From: a virus
Taxonomy: Duplodnaviria > Caudoviricetes
DNA: 24,199 nt
IMG/VR virus record: IMGVR_UViG_3300011438_000041
Span: 1-24,199 of that record
Reading direction: 5' to 3' (one strand)
Position numbers and translations under genes: made by a program. Below, piece after piece: positions 8,876-17,381 of the stretch (position 1 is its first letter; each line of letters starts with the position of its first letter). Under the pieces are notes generated by a model. The model was given only the letters and a program-made list of their open reading frames with translations. It was not told the origin of the DNA and ran no database searches.

Positions 8876-9316
8876 ATGTCGATCCGTGTCCGACGCCCCA
8901 CGACCGAACGCCTCGAGCTCACCGACGGCGATTACCTGCTCGTCAAGCAAGACCTGACCGCGGGCGAATACCGTGAGCTGATGCGCGCGTCGGCGAAACC
9001 GATCACGGTGACGACGGTGACCGGCGGGCCGGCGCCGACGATCGAGCTCGATCCGATTGCCGCCGGCCTGGCGATGGTCGTCGCGTATTTGCTCGATTGG
9101 AGTTTCACCGACGCCGACGGGCGGAAGTTGCATATCGCGGATCAACCGCCCGCGGTCGTCCGCGCGGCGCTCGATGCGATCGACAGCGACGCCTATATGG
9201 AAGTGATGCGCGCGGTCCAGACCCATCAGGCCGCGCGCGCGGCCGCGATCGCCGAGGAAAAAAAAACGCGACCTGGTCCCTCCGTACCCGACAGGACTTT
9301 GATGTCTGTCGGGTGA
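8876..9316 (+). CDS. Tail assembly chaperone (gpG-like)
   Basis: Upstream of the tape measure gene; LLDWSFTDADG motif; EEKK encoded over an A9 run. Confidence 0.8.
   Translation: MSIRVRRPTTERLELTDGDYLLVKQDLTAGEYRELMRASAKPITVTTVTGGPAPTIELDPIAAGLAMVVAYLLDWSFTDADGRKLHIADQPPAVVRAALDAIDSDAYMEVMRAVQTHQAARAAAIAEEKKTRPGPSVPDRTLMSVG
9256..9266 (+). other. Programmed -1 ribosomal frameshift site (GGAAAAAAAAA)
   Basis: A9 run at 9258-9266 includes the A AAA AAA heptamer; the -1 frame stays open to 9423. Confidence 0.75.
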
Positions 9317-9423
9317 TGGGCTGGACCTGGGATGACCTCCAAGAGGTCCCGCAGCATGTCTATGACGAACTCATCGCGTATCTCGTCGACGAACAGCAAC
9401 GACACGCGCGCGCGCGCCGGTGA
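9259..9423 (+). CDS. gpT-like frameshift extension of the tail chaperone
   Basis: -1 frame (ORF 9097..9423) encodes DFDVCRVMGWTWDDLQEVPQHVYDELIAYL and ends 3 nt before the tape measure ATG. Confidence 0.7.
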   Translation, partial: KKNATWSLRTRQDFDVCRVMGWTWDDLQEVPQHVYDELIAYLVDEQQRHARARR

Positions 9424-9426
9424 CCC

Positions 9427-10914
9427 ATGGCGCTGACGGCGTCGTTCGTCGCGGATTTCTCCTCGTTCATGGACGCGACGGCCTCCGCGGTCGCCGCGAT
9501 GCAGGGCTTTAAGGACAGCGCGGTCGAAATGGGACCGGCGGCCGATCGGAACATGGAGGCCGCGCAGCAGCACGCCGAGCAGATCGGGCGGAGCCTTCGC
9601 CGACTCGGCGACGACACATTGGCCGCCAGTCGCACCTTCATCGACGCGTACACCGAGGAACAGGACGCGGTCAACCGGCTTAACTCGTCCCTCGAAGCGA
9701 CCGGCCAGGCGACGCCGGCGGTCATTCAGGCGTACGCCGACATGGCGACCCAGTTCCAAAACACGACGAAATACTCGGACGAGGCGATCGTCAGCGCGGA
9801 AGCCGTGTTGACGACGATCGGGAAGGTCGGCCCCGAAAACATGCAGCTCGCCCTGACGGCCGTGACGAACCTGGCGAGCGGGATGAAGATCGATCTCACG
9901 ACGGCGGCCGACATGGTCGCGAAAGCCGTCGGGTCGAGCGGCGAGAACCTCGGCAAACTCAATGTCGCCCTGAAGGATACCGACGTCAAGGGCAAGCCGG
10001 CCGCGGAGATCCTCGGCGCCATCAACGACAAGTTTAGCGGCGCGGCCACCGGCGAAATGCAGACGTGGAACGCGCAAATGCAACAGATGAATAACCTGTT
10101 GTCGGACTTTAACGAAAAGGTCGGCAAGGTCCTCGTCGAGAACCTCAGTAAGGTCCTCAAAGCGTTTCAATCGCTGCCCGAGCCCGTCCAGAATTTCACG
10201 CTGGCCGTCGTCGCGATCGGCACGGTGATCGCGCCGGTCCTCGTCTCGCTCGCGTCGTTGATTTCGATTCTCGCGACGCCTGGCGTCGGCGCGGGCTTAA
10301 TCACGGCGATCACCGCGGTTATTAGCGTCTTGACCGGGCCGGTCGGCATCGTGATCGCGGTCGGCGCGGTCCTCGCGGCCGTCGCCTACAACTGGGACGC
10401 GATCGTCCAGAAAACCCAAGAGCTCTACAACGGGATCAAGACGTGGCTCGTCGACAAGTTCACCGGCCTCGTCGATGCGATCAAAGGCAAAATCGCCGAG
10501 GTCGTCGGCGCGTTCACGTCGCTCTATAACACCGTCGTCGGGCATTCGATCGTGCCCGACATGATCGATGGCATCGGGCAGCAATTCAATCGGCTCGATT
10601 CCGTGATGGTGCAGCCGGTCGCCGAGGCGACCGCCCAGGTCAACGCCCATCTGCAACTGATGGCCGCCCAGATGCGCGCGAATGCGATCCTGAATCGCAA
10701 TTCGCTCTTCACGACGGGCGGCCAGCTCGAGGAAATCGCCAACGTCTTCGATGCGTCGGTCGCGCGGAACGGCGGCGGGGGCGGCGGCGGAAGCGCGCCA
10801 GTCACGGTCAATAACACCTTCAACCTCGTCGACACCGAATCGAACCTGGCGCGCAAGGTCAGCGAGCTCATCATGCAAACGATTCGATCGGGAACGCAAT
10901 TAGGCACGACATAA
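9427..10914 (+). CDS. Tape measure protein (short, 495 aa)
   Basis: Ala-rich helical sequence, central hydrophobic segment, NWDAI and VVGHSIVPDM motifs; follows the G/GT chaperone. Confidence 0.9.
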   Translation: MALTASFVADFSSFMDATASAVAAMQGFKDSAVEMGPAADRNMEAAQQHAEQIGRSLRRLGDDTLAASRTFIDAYTEEQDAVNRLNSSLEATGQATPAVIQAYADMATQFQNTTKYSDEAIVSAEAVLTTIGKVGPENMQLALTAVTNLASGMKIDLTTAADMVAKAVGSSGENLGKLNVALKDTDVKGKPAAEILGAINDKFSGAATGEMQTWNAQMQQMNNLLSDFNEKVGKVLVENLSKVLKAFQSLPEPVQNFTLAVVAIGTVIAPVLVSLASLISILATPGVGAGLITAITAVISVLTGPVGIVIAVGAVLAAVAYNWDAIVQKTQELYNGIKTWLVDKFTGLVDAIKGKIAEVVGAFTSLYNTVVGHSIVPDMIDGIGQQFNRLDSVMVQPVAEATAQVNAHLQLMAAQMRANAILNRNSLFTTGGQLEEIANVFDASVARNGGGGGGGSAPVTVNNTFNLVDTESNLARKVSELIMQTIRSGTQLGTT

Positions 10915-10924
10915 AGGGGTCACG

Positions 10925-11365
10925 ATGGGTACCGCACAAGCGTCCGACTATCTCGAAAATAAACTCATCGATCATCTGTTCCGGACGGGGACGTTCGCGA
11001 AGCCGGCCGGGCTCTATGTCGCGCTCTTCACGGCCGCGCCGAGTGATCTCGGCGGCGGGACCGAGGTCGCCGGCGGCGGCTATGCGCGCGTCAACCTGGC
11101 GCCGGTGGATACGAATTGGAAGGCGACACAAGGCGGGACGTCCGGCGCGAGCTCGGGAACCGGCGGCGTCACCTCGAACGCTGTGGCGATCACTTTCCCG
11201 GCGCCGTCGGCACCGTGGGGCACGGTCACGCATTTCGCGATCTTCGATGCGGCCTCGGGCGGGAACCTGCTGATCTGGGATGCGCTCACGGCCTCCCGCT
11301 CGATCCTCGGCGGCGACCCGGCGCCGTCGTTTGCGGTTGATGCACTGACGATCACCGTCAGCTAA
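10925..11365 (+). CDS. Virion tail-associated structural protein
   Basis: SDYLENKLIDHL...LYVALFTAAP...TEVAGGGYARV...ITFP...WGTVTHFAIFDAASGGNLL, a pattern common in phage tail modules. Confidence 0.75.
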   Translation: MGTAQASDYLENKLIDHLFRTGTFAKPAGLYVALFTAAPSDLGGGTEVAGGGYARVNLAPVDTNWKATQGGTSGASSGTGGVTSNAVAITFPAPSAPWGTVTHFAIFDAASGGNLLIWDALTASRSILGGDPAPSFAVDALTITVS

Positions 11366-11372
11366 GGCGCGC

Positions 11373-14300
11373 GTGTCGATCGCGCTCGATTCGGTCGTCG
11401 TCAACCAGTTCAATCCGGTCAGTTTCTCGCATACCTGTTCCGGGGTTAGTCGACTGCTGATCGTCGGCTGGAGCGGGACGTCTTACCCGACGGGTGTCCC
11501 CACCTATGCCGGCGTCCCAATGGTGGAACTTGGGACGGGTGTCTCGAACGGCGCGACGGGTCGCATCTCGAAAGCATTTGCCTTAGTGAATCCCGCCGCG
11601 GGCGCCAATCTCGTCGCGTTCGCCGGCGGCGGGCAGTCATTCGTCGCACACTCGATTTCGTACACCGGCGCGCGCCAGTCCGGCATTCCGGACGCGATTC
11701 ACACAACCCAGACCGTCAACCAGCAAAACCTGACCGAGACGGTCCTGACGGTCGCCGATAAATGCTGGCTTGTTGCTTTCACCGACAACAACGGTGGAAC
11801 GGCGAACGCCGGCGCGAACACGGTCCGACGGGCGGCCGGCGGATTTCCGTTCGACCTGTTCGACAGTGGCGGCGAGAAAACACCCGCCGGCAACCATTCC
11901 CTCAACTTCACATTCTCATCGGTGATTTGGTGGTCGTCGATCGCGTTTTCGATCGCGCCTGGCGACATCCCGCTCAACGCGACAACGGGGTTTACGATCG
12001 GCGCGGCGGCGACGCTGGCCGTCGGCGCGGCCAAACTGGCCGCCGGCGCCGGCCTGGCGCTCGGCGCGACAGGCGTCCTATCCAGTGCGCCCGCCGCGCT
12101 CGCCGCGGCGCCGGCGATCACGATCGCGACCTCCGCACACCTCGCCGTCCCGCCGAGACTGACCGGCGCGACCGGCTTCCGATTCAGCGCCGCGGCGGAT
12201 TTCGTCCCGCCGACGATGAATGGAGCGACCGGATTCTCGATCGGGACACGCGCGACGATCACGCCGGGGCCGCGTGAAACGCAAGCGGGGATCGCGATCG
12301 ACGGCGTCGACGTCCGCGGGCGCGTTCGCATGAGGGGGATGACGATCCGCGACATCCTCAACGACGCGCCGAATACCTGTAGCTTTGTGATGGAAGGCGC
12401 CGAGCCGAAGGTCGGTCAGTCGATTCGGATCACGCTCAACGAAGGGATCCGCGTCTTGTTCGCCGGCCAGATCCAAACGGTCGATCAATCGTACAAGTCC
12501 AGTCCGGACGTCGTCGCCTGGTCGGTCACGGCCATCGACGACACGGCGCGCGCGAATGCGCGGCGCCCGTTTGGGACGTTTGTCGACACCTCGGCGTCCG
12601 ACATCGCGATCGCGATTCGCGATCAATGCGCGCCAGGCTTTTCCGTCGCCGGCATTGCGCCAGGCCTCCCGCTCGTCTCGATCATTCTCGACGGCGCCGA
12701 CACGGCCATCGCGGCCCTGTCGCGCCTGGCGACGGCGATCGGCGGCTATTGCAAAATCGAGGATGGGACGTTTTATCTATTCGAGGTCGACACCGAGACG
12801 CCGCCGGACCCGATCGACGCCTCGCATTGTTTCGCGTTCGACCCGCCGATCCGCGCGACCGTCGACAGTTCACAGCTCCGGACGCGCGTGTATGGCAAAG
12901 GCTACGGCGAAGCGATCCAGTCGGACCTGGCCGTCGGCGAGTCCTTGGTCCCGATTGAGAACGGCTCGACCTTCCCGCCGTCCGGCCAGGCGATCGCCGG
13001 CACCAAACCGGACGCCGCGCAATCCGAGCGCCTCACCTATACCGGGCGCGAGCTCCAGGCCGGCGGGACGCTGGTCGGCCCAGGCGCGGCGCCGACGACC
13101 GCGCCGGGTGTGAGTCTCGCCGCCGGGACCGGCGTCGAATCCGGCGTCCACGAATACGCCTTTGTCTTTGTCACGGCCGCCGGGCGCTCGCTGCCGAGCC
13201 CGCGGGCGCCGATCGCTGTCGGCCAGGTCGCGCCGCCGGCGACGGCGCCGACCATCGGGGCGGCCGTCGCCGGTCCTGGACCCGATGCCGGATCACATCG
13301 CTACTACGCCGTGTTCCGAACGGCGAGCGGCGCGACGCTGCCAGGACCGGCATCGAATGACGTCACGACGAGCGGCGCGATTGCGGGTCCAGTCGGCCCG
13401 TCGCCCTGGCTCAGTGGAATCGAGGGGACCGGCCTCACGCTCGGCGCAGGCTATTACTACCGAATTTCATTCCGCCGAGTGAGTGACGGCGCGGAAACAA
13501 CCGCGACGCCGGCCGGGTCGGTCGCTCTGTTTGTGAGTAACACGATGATTCGGTGCGCCGGCGCGCGCGTCGTCACGCCGCCGGCTGGGTACGTGATGGT
13601 GCTCTATCGAACGGGCGCCGATGAGGCCGACGCAACGGCCAACTATCGCGAGATTCAAACGCCGACCCTCGAAGGACCGTTCCTTGATGGCTACATGTAT
13701 CTCGTCGATCACAACGAGAGCCGGAAATCGAAGACGCTGCCGAGCGCGAACGCGACGGCGATCGCGGCCGTGCCGGTCTTGAATATCCCGCCCTATCCGA
13801 GCGCACTCGTCACGCACGTCGACCTCTATCGCGAAATGAATCACGCCGGCGCGGCGACGGCGCGGCTCGCGTTCTCGGTCACGAATGGAACGACGGTCGC
13901 GACCGACAATTATGCCAACAGCGCCCTCGGCGGCCTGATGCCGGTGACGAATACCGCGAGCGGTAATCGCGTCAACGTCACCTGGCCGGCCGGCCCCGCC
14001 GGCGTCACGAATGTCGAACTGTTCCGGACGCCGCTCGGGAGTCCCCAACTCAAAAAATTCTATTCCGCGGCCGGCAATGCCGGCGGGTCGACCATCGACT
14101 CGACGCCGGACGCCGATCTCACGACGAACGCGCCGACCGGCGACACGTCGAGCCTCGCCCAGCCGTCCGGCCAGGTCAATCCCGGCTCGGAGTTCCTCCC
14201 CGTCGCGAGTCCGGCGCCGTTTCGCGCCGCCGGCGGATGGGTGACGCTGGCCGGCAGTCAAACGGTCCGCTATACCGGAATCAGTGGCACTACGCTGATC

Positions 14301-14831
14301 GGCGTCCCCCCATCGGGACCGGGATCGATCACGACGACGGCCATCTATGGCAGTCCGGCGATCCCGACCCCGATGCTCGTCGGCGTCTCGGGGATCCACG
14401 TCCCGATCAAGAAAGGCGCGCCGATCCACATTTGGGTCCAGCGCGACGACCTCCAGGCGCAAGCGGACCAAGCGGCGCGCGCCGGCGGCGACGGCGTCGT
14501 CGAACACCTGATCGTCGACATGCGCCGCGGCCTGGAGTCCCTGGCCGCCCGGTGCGACGCCGAGCTCGCGCTGTTCGCGCGCCCGCTCGTGACCGTCACC
14601 TATCAGACGCGCGACCTCAAAACGAAAAGCGGGAAGCTCGTCACGATCGATCTCGCGTCGCCCAGGATCGCGGAAGTCCTGACGATTCAGGACGTGACGA
14701 TCACCGACATCGATCTCGTCCCCAACCTGGCGCCGCGGTTCACCGCGACGGCGTCGAGCGTCCGATTCTCACTCGAAGACACGTTGCGGCGCCTGGTCGC
14801 CGGCGGCCTGGTCGTCGGAGGGTCGACGTGA
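11373..14831 (+). CDS. Large multidomain tail protein (fibre-like N-terminus plus baseplate hub/Tal-like region with inserted domains)
   Basis: 1152 aa, GTG start, downstream of tape measure. Hub-like segments VLFAGQI, AIDDT, RTRVYGKG and GKLVTIDL; internal repeats. Confidence 0.8.
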   Translation: MSIALDSVVVNQFNPVSFSHTCSGVSRLLIVGWSGTSYPTGVPTYAGVPMVELGTGVSNGATGRISKAFALVNPAAGANLVAFAGGGQSFVAHSISYTGARQSGIPDAIHTTQTVNQQNLTETVLTVADKCWLVAFTDNNGGTANAGANTVRRAAGGFPFDLFDSGGEKTPAGNHSLNFTFSSVIWWSSIAFSIAPGDIPLNATTGFTIGAAATLAVGAAKLAAGAGLALGATGVLSSAPAALAAAPAITIATSAHLAVPPRLTGATGFRFSAAADFVPPTMNGATGFSIGTRATITPGPRETQAGIAIDGVDVRGRVRMRGMTIRDILNDAPNTCSFVMEGAEPKVGQSIRITLNEGIRVLFAGQIQTVDQSYKSSPDVVAWSVTAIDDTARANARRPFGTFVDTSASDIAIAIRDQCAPGFSVAGIAPGLPLVSIILDGADTAIAALSRLATAIGGYCKIEDGTFYLFEVDTETPPDPIDASHCFAFDPPIRATVDSSQLRTRVYGKGYGEAIQSDLAVGESLVPIENGSTFPPSGQAIAGTKPDAAQSERLTYTGRELQAGGTLVGPGAAPTTAPGVSLAAGTGVESGVHEYAFVFVTAAGRSLPSPRAPIAVGQVAPPATAPTIGAAVAGPGPDAGSHRYYAVFRTASGATLPGPASNDVTTSGAIAGPVGPSPWLSGIEGTGLTLGAGYYYRISFRRVSDGAETTATPAGSVALFVSNTMIRCAGARVVTPPAGYVMVLYRTGADEADATANYREIQTPTLEGPFLDGYMYLVDHNESRKSKTLPSANATAIAAVPVLNIPPYPSALVTHVDLYREMNHAGAATARLAFSVTNGTTVATDNYANSALGGLMPVTNTASGNRVNVTWPAGPAGVTNVELFRTPLGSPQLKKFYSAAGNAGGSTIDSTPDADLTTNAPTGDTSSLAQPSGQVNPGSEFLPVASPAPFRAAGGWVTLAGSQTVRYTGISGTTLIGVPPSGPGSITTTAIYGSPAIPTPMLVGVSGIHVPIKKGAPIHIWVQRDDLQAQADQAARAGGDGVVEHLIVDMRRGLESLAARCDAELALFARPLVTVTYQTRDLKTKSGKLVTIDLASPRIAEVLTIQDVTITDIDLVPNLAPRFTATASSVRFSLEDTLRRLVAGGLVVGGST

Positions 14832-15052
14832 TCGCGCGTCTCCTGTCGGCCGCCGTCGTCGTCTGTTCGCTCGCGAGCTGCGCCGCGCGCCTCTGGCTCG
14901 GGCCGATCGTGATCGACGAGTACGAGAACGTCCGTGTCCGCGTCTACCGGGTCGGCCTGCAGTGTCGGATCGAAGTGATCGCCGCGACCGAAACGATTCA
15001 AACCCCGGTGACGCGCTGCACCGCGATGCCCCATCGGCCACGCACGAACTAG
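14828..15052 (+). CDS. Small lipoprotein (74 aa)
   Basis: GTG 14828 (GTGA overlap) within ORF 14237..15052. Signal peptide MIARLLSAAVVVCS followed by lipobox LAS-C. Confidence 0.6.
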   Translation: MIARLLSAAVVVCSLASCAARLWLGPIVIDEYENVRVRVYRVGLQCRIEVIAATETIQTPVTRCTAMPHRPRTN

Positions 15053-15067
15053 CTAGAAAGGCACCCT

Positions 15068-16945
15068 ATGACGACTCCACGCGACCCCGTCGTGACCACG
15101 CTCGAGAGCGCGGGCGGGCAGTTTCTCGGCGCCGACCTCGGCGGCGACGGCCAGGTGAAAGCGGACGCAAGGCACGCCGGGCCGTGGGAAACGTGGACCG
15201 TCGTCACCTGGCACGACGGGCGCGTAGCGCTCCAGGCGTCCGACGGGCATTACCTGACGGCGGAGAGCGATGATCGCGTGCGGGCGCGCGCCGCGGCGAT
15301 CGGCGACTGGGAGCTCTTCGCGATCGAGGTCCGCGACGTCGGCGTCGCGTTTCTCTCGCATCACGGCAAATACCTGTGTGCGGAGAATGGCGGCGGCGGC
15401 CTCGTCGTCGCCGATCGCGTGCCGGGGCCGACCGTGCCGGGCGAATGGGAATTTTTCGCCTCGAGCGTCGATTTCTGGTCGCCGCCGACGGCGCTCAATC
15501 CGAACTACCTAGCCGGCGAGCTCCGCCGCGCCGCGCGGGTCGTCTCGGACGACACCGGCCCGCGGATTCTGATGGGCTGTCATTTCATGGAAGGCTTCAG
15601 CGCGTACTGTCACGGCAAGACGATCGACGGGCTCGACGTCGCGACGCAGCTCGACGTGATCGCCGAGCGCTACGCGATCGTCCGGAACCTCGACGTCCTC
15701 GGCTACTGGGACAGCAACCGACCCGGCGACGCCGACGAGTGGGACGCCTGGAAGGGCCGCGAGGTGACGCCGATCCCGTTCGTCGCCAACAGCGGCCGCA
15801 CGATCCCCGCGACCCCGGACTATTGGGACCGCAAGCGCGAATACGTGACGATGCTCCACGATCGCGGCCTCAAGATTTTCGACGACCGCGGCGACATGAA
15901 CAGCTGGACGCATCAACAGAAGATCGCGCACATGTCGAACAATGGACTGTTCTACGCGGGCCTGCCGTTCGGCCGCGAGGTCCTCGCCGGCATCTTCGCG
16001 ATCAACGAGGCCTGGCAAAACGGCGGCGACGATCGATCGCTCCTCATGGAAATGATCGAGGCGTTCACGGCGGCGGCCGGCTGGACGCCGGCGATCTGTG
16101 GGTTGTCGGCGCCGGGCGGGAATTCTGATCCCGACGCGCTCGCGGCGTGCGACCCGCCCATGACGTCCTGGGAACCCGAAATGCCGGAGTCGTTCGAATA
16201 CTGGTCGCACGAACCGGCGACCGTGATCACCTGTCACGGCAACCGCGGCGATCACACGCATATCGTCGAGCACTATTTCGGGTATGGCTACGACGAGCAG
16301 ATCCGCGACACCGGCAAGCCGGTCCAGAACACCGAGCCCGTCGGCGGCGGCGACGGCGTCAGCGTCGGCCAGGTCAACGACCCCGAGCTCCTCTGCGGAC
16401 TGACCGCGGCCGCGCTCCTCGGCGGGCAGGGCTGGATCTTCATGTCAGGCAACGGCGTCTTTTGGAACGGCCCCATCCACGACATGCCGGGCTTTACCGA
16501 AGTCGCGCGCCTCCCGCAATTTCTGCCGACCGACATCGCAACCTTCCCGGTCGTCTGTCACGCGGGGACGCGCTTCGCCGGCGTGCGGATCCTCGCCGCC
16601 GTCGACCCGACGCGCGCCGAACATGCGATCGCGCCCGATGGCCGCTTCGTGATCGTCGTCCACACTCAAGAGCAGGCCGGCAACGCCTTACCCTGCGAAC
16701 GCGCGTGTCAGGAATTCACCGTCATCAACATGCTCACCGGCCTCGTCGAACGATCCGGCCCGCTCGCCGCCGGCGCGTCGTTCCAGCACGGCGGCGTCGC
16801 GCGCCTCGTTGTCGGGCAGCTCGAGCCCGCGGCCGCGGCGATGACGATGTCGACGTGGAACGCGCTCATCCCGACGATTCGCCGGCGCGGCGGCCGGCTC
16901 GAGCGCTTGCGCCGGCATTTGCCTGGGAAAGGCTGGACGGCGTGA
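15068..16945 (+). CDS. Fascin-like beta-trefoil plus clan GH-A-like glycoside hydrolase; candidate lysis enzyme
   Basis: SD GAAAGG. Fascin-type repeats (GPWETW, VALQASDGHYLTAE, IGDWELF, GKYLCAENGGG, GEWEFF). Strand-NE motif FAINEAW and later PVQNTEP resemble the GH-A acid/base and nucleophile Glu. Confidence 0.65.
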   Translation: MTTPRDPVVTTLESAGGQFLGADLGGDGQVKADARHAGPWETWTVVTWHDGRVALQASDGHYLTAESDDRVRARAAAIGDWELFAIEVRDVGVAFLSHHGKYLCAENGGGGLVVADRVPGPTVPGEWEFFASSVDFWSPPTALNPNYLAGELRRAARVVSDDTGPRILMGCHFMEGFSAYCHGKTIDGLDVATQLDVIAERYAIVRNLDVLGYWDSNRPGDADEWDAWKGREVTPIPFVANSGRTIPATPDYWDRKREYVTMLHDRGLKIFDDRGDMNSWTHQQKIAHMSNNGLFYAGLPFGREVLAGIFAINEAWQNGGDDRSLLMEMIEAFTAAAGWTPAICGLSAPGGNSDPDALAACDPPMTSWEPEMPESFEYWSHEPATVITCHGNRGDHTHIVEHYFGYGYDEQIRDTGKPVQNTEPVGGGDGVSVGQVNDPELLCGLTAAALLGGQGWIFMSGNGVFWNGPIHDMPGFTEVARLPQFLPTDIATFPVVCHAGTRFAGVRILAAVDPTRAEHAIAPDGRFVIVVHTQEQAGNALPCERACQEFTVINMLTGLVERSGPLAAGASFQHGGVARLVVGQLEPAAAAMTMSTWNALIPTIRRRGGRLERLRRHLPGKGWTA

Positions 16946-17154
16946 TCCCGCGGCGCGTCAACGGGGTCCGGGTCGGCGCCTGGGCGGCGCGGCCGCCGGC
17001 CGCGCACACACACGCACACACACCGCCGGCGCCGGCGTGCCCGAAGCATTGCGACACGACGACGCCGCCCGAACATGGCGGCGGCGATCAGTACGTTTGC
17101 AGCTGTTGCGGAACGCAGTTCACTTGGAAAGGATCAGCCGATGGCGCCCGTTAA
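16942..17154 (+). CDS. Small Zn-ribbon-like protein (70 aa)
   Basis: GTG 16942 (GTGA overlap) within ORF 16147..17154; CPKHC...YVCSCCGTQF. Confidence 0.5.
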   Translation: MIPRRVNGVRVGAWAARPPAAHTHAHTPPAPACPKHCDTTTPPEHGGGDQYVCSCCGTQFTWKGSADGAR

Positions 17155-17275
17155 CCTCGTGCTCCACGTCGCGGCGCTCGTGTGCTTCATCTTGGCATCG
17201 GTCAACGTCGCCAGTCCGCGCGTCAACCTCGTCGCGGCGGGCCTGGCGTGCTGGGCCGCGACGTTGCTGCTCTGA
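17141..17275 (+). CDS. Small two-TM membrane protein (44 aa), holin candidate
   Basis: SD GAAAGGA before ATG 17141. Two hydrophobic segments separated by SPR; last gene of the late operon. Confidence 0.6.
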   Translation: MAPVNLVLHVAALVCFILASVNVASPRVNLVAAGLACWAATLLL

Positions 17276-17284
17276 GCCGGGAGC

Positions 17285-17346
17285 CGGCCCGGGGACGCGC
17301 GATCTCGCATGGTCTGGTAGACGAAGGCGGGCGCGTTCCCGGGCCG
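17285..17346. terminator. Long stem-loop between convergent transcription units
   Basis: CGGCCCGGGGACGCGC (17285-17300) pairs with GCGCGTTCCCGGGCCG (17331-17346): 16 bp with one G-U and a 30-nt loop. No U-tract. Confidence 0.5.
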
Positions 17347-17381
17347 CGTAGAACGGCGCTGGCGCGGTCGAGCTGCGGCGA

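Noticed and set aside
9258-9266. Homopolymer sequencing error or pseudogene
   Set aside because: Position and frame relation match the conserved G/GT programmed frameshift.
11373-14831. Diversity-generating retroelement or invertible cassette acting on the tail gene
   Set aside because: No reverse transcriptase or invertase ORF, and no near-identical TR/VR nucleotide pair noticed; the repeats are visible only at protein level.
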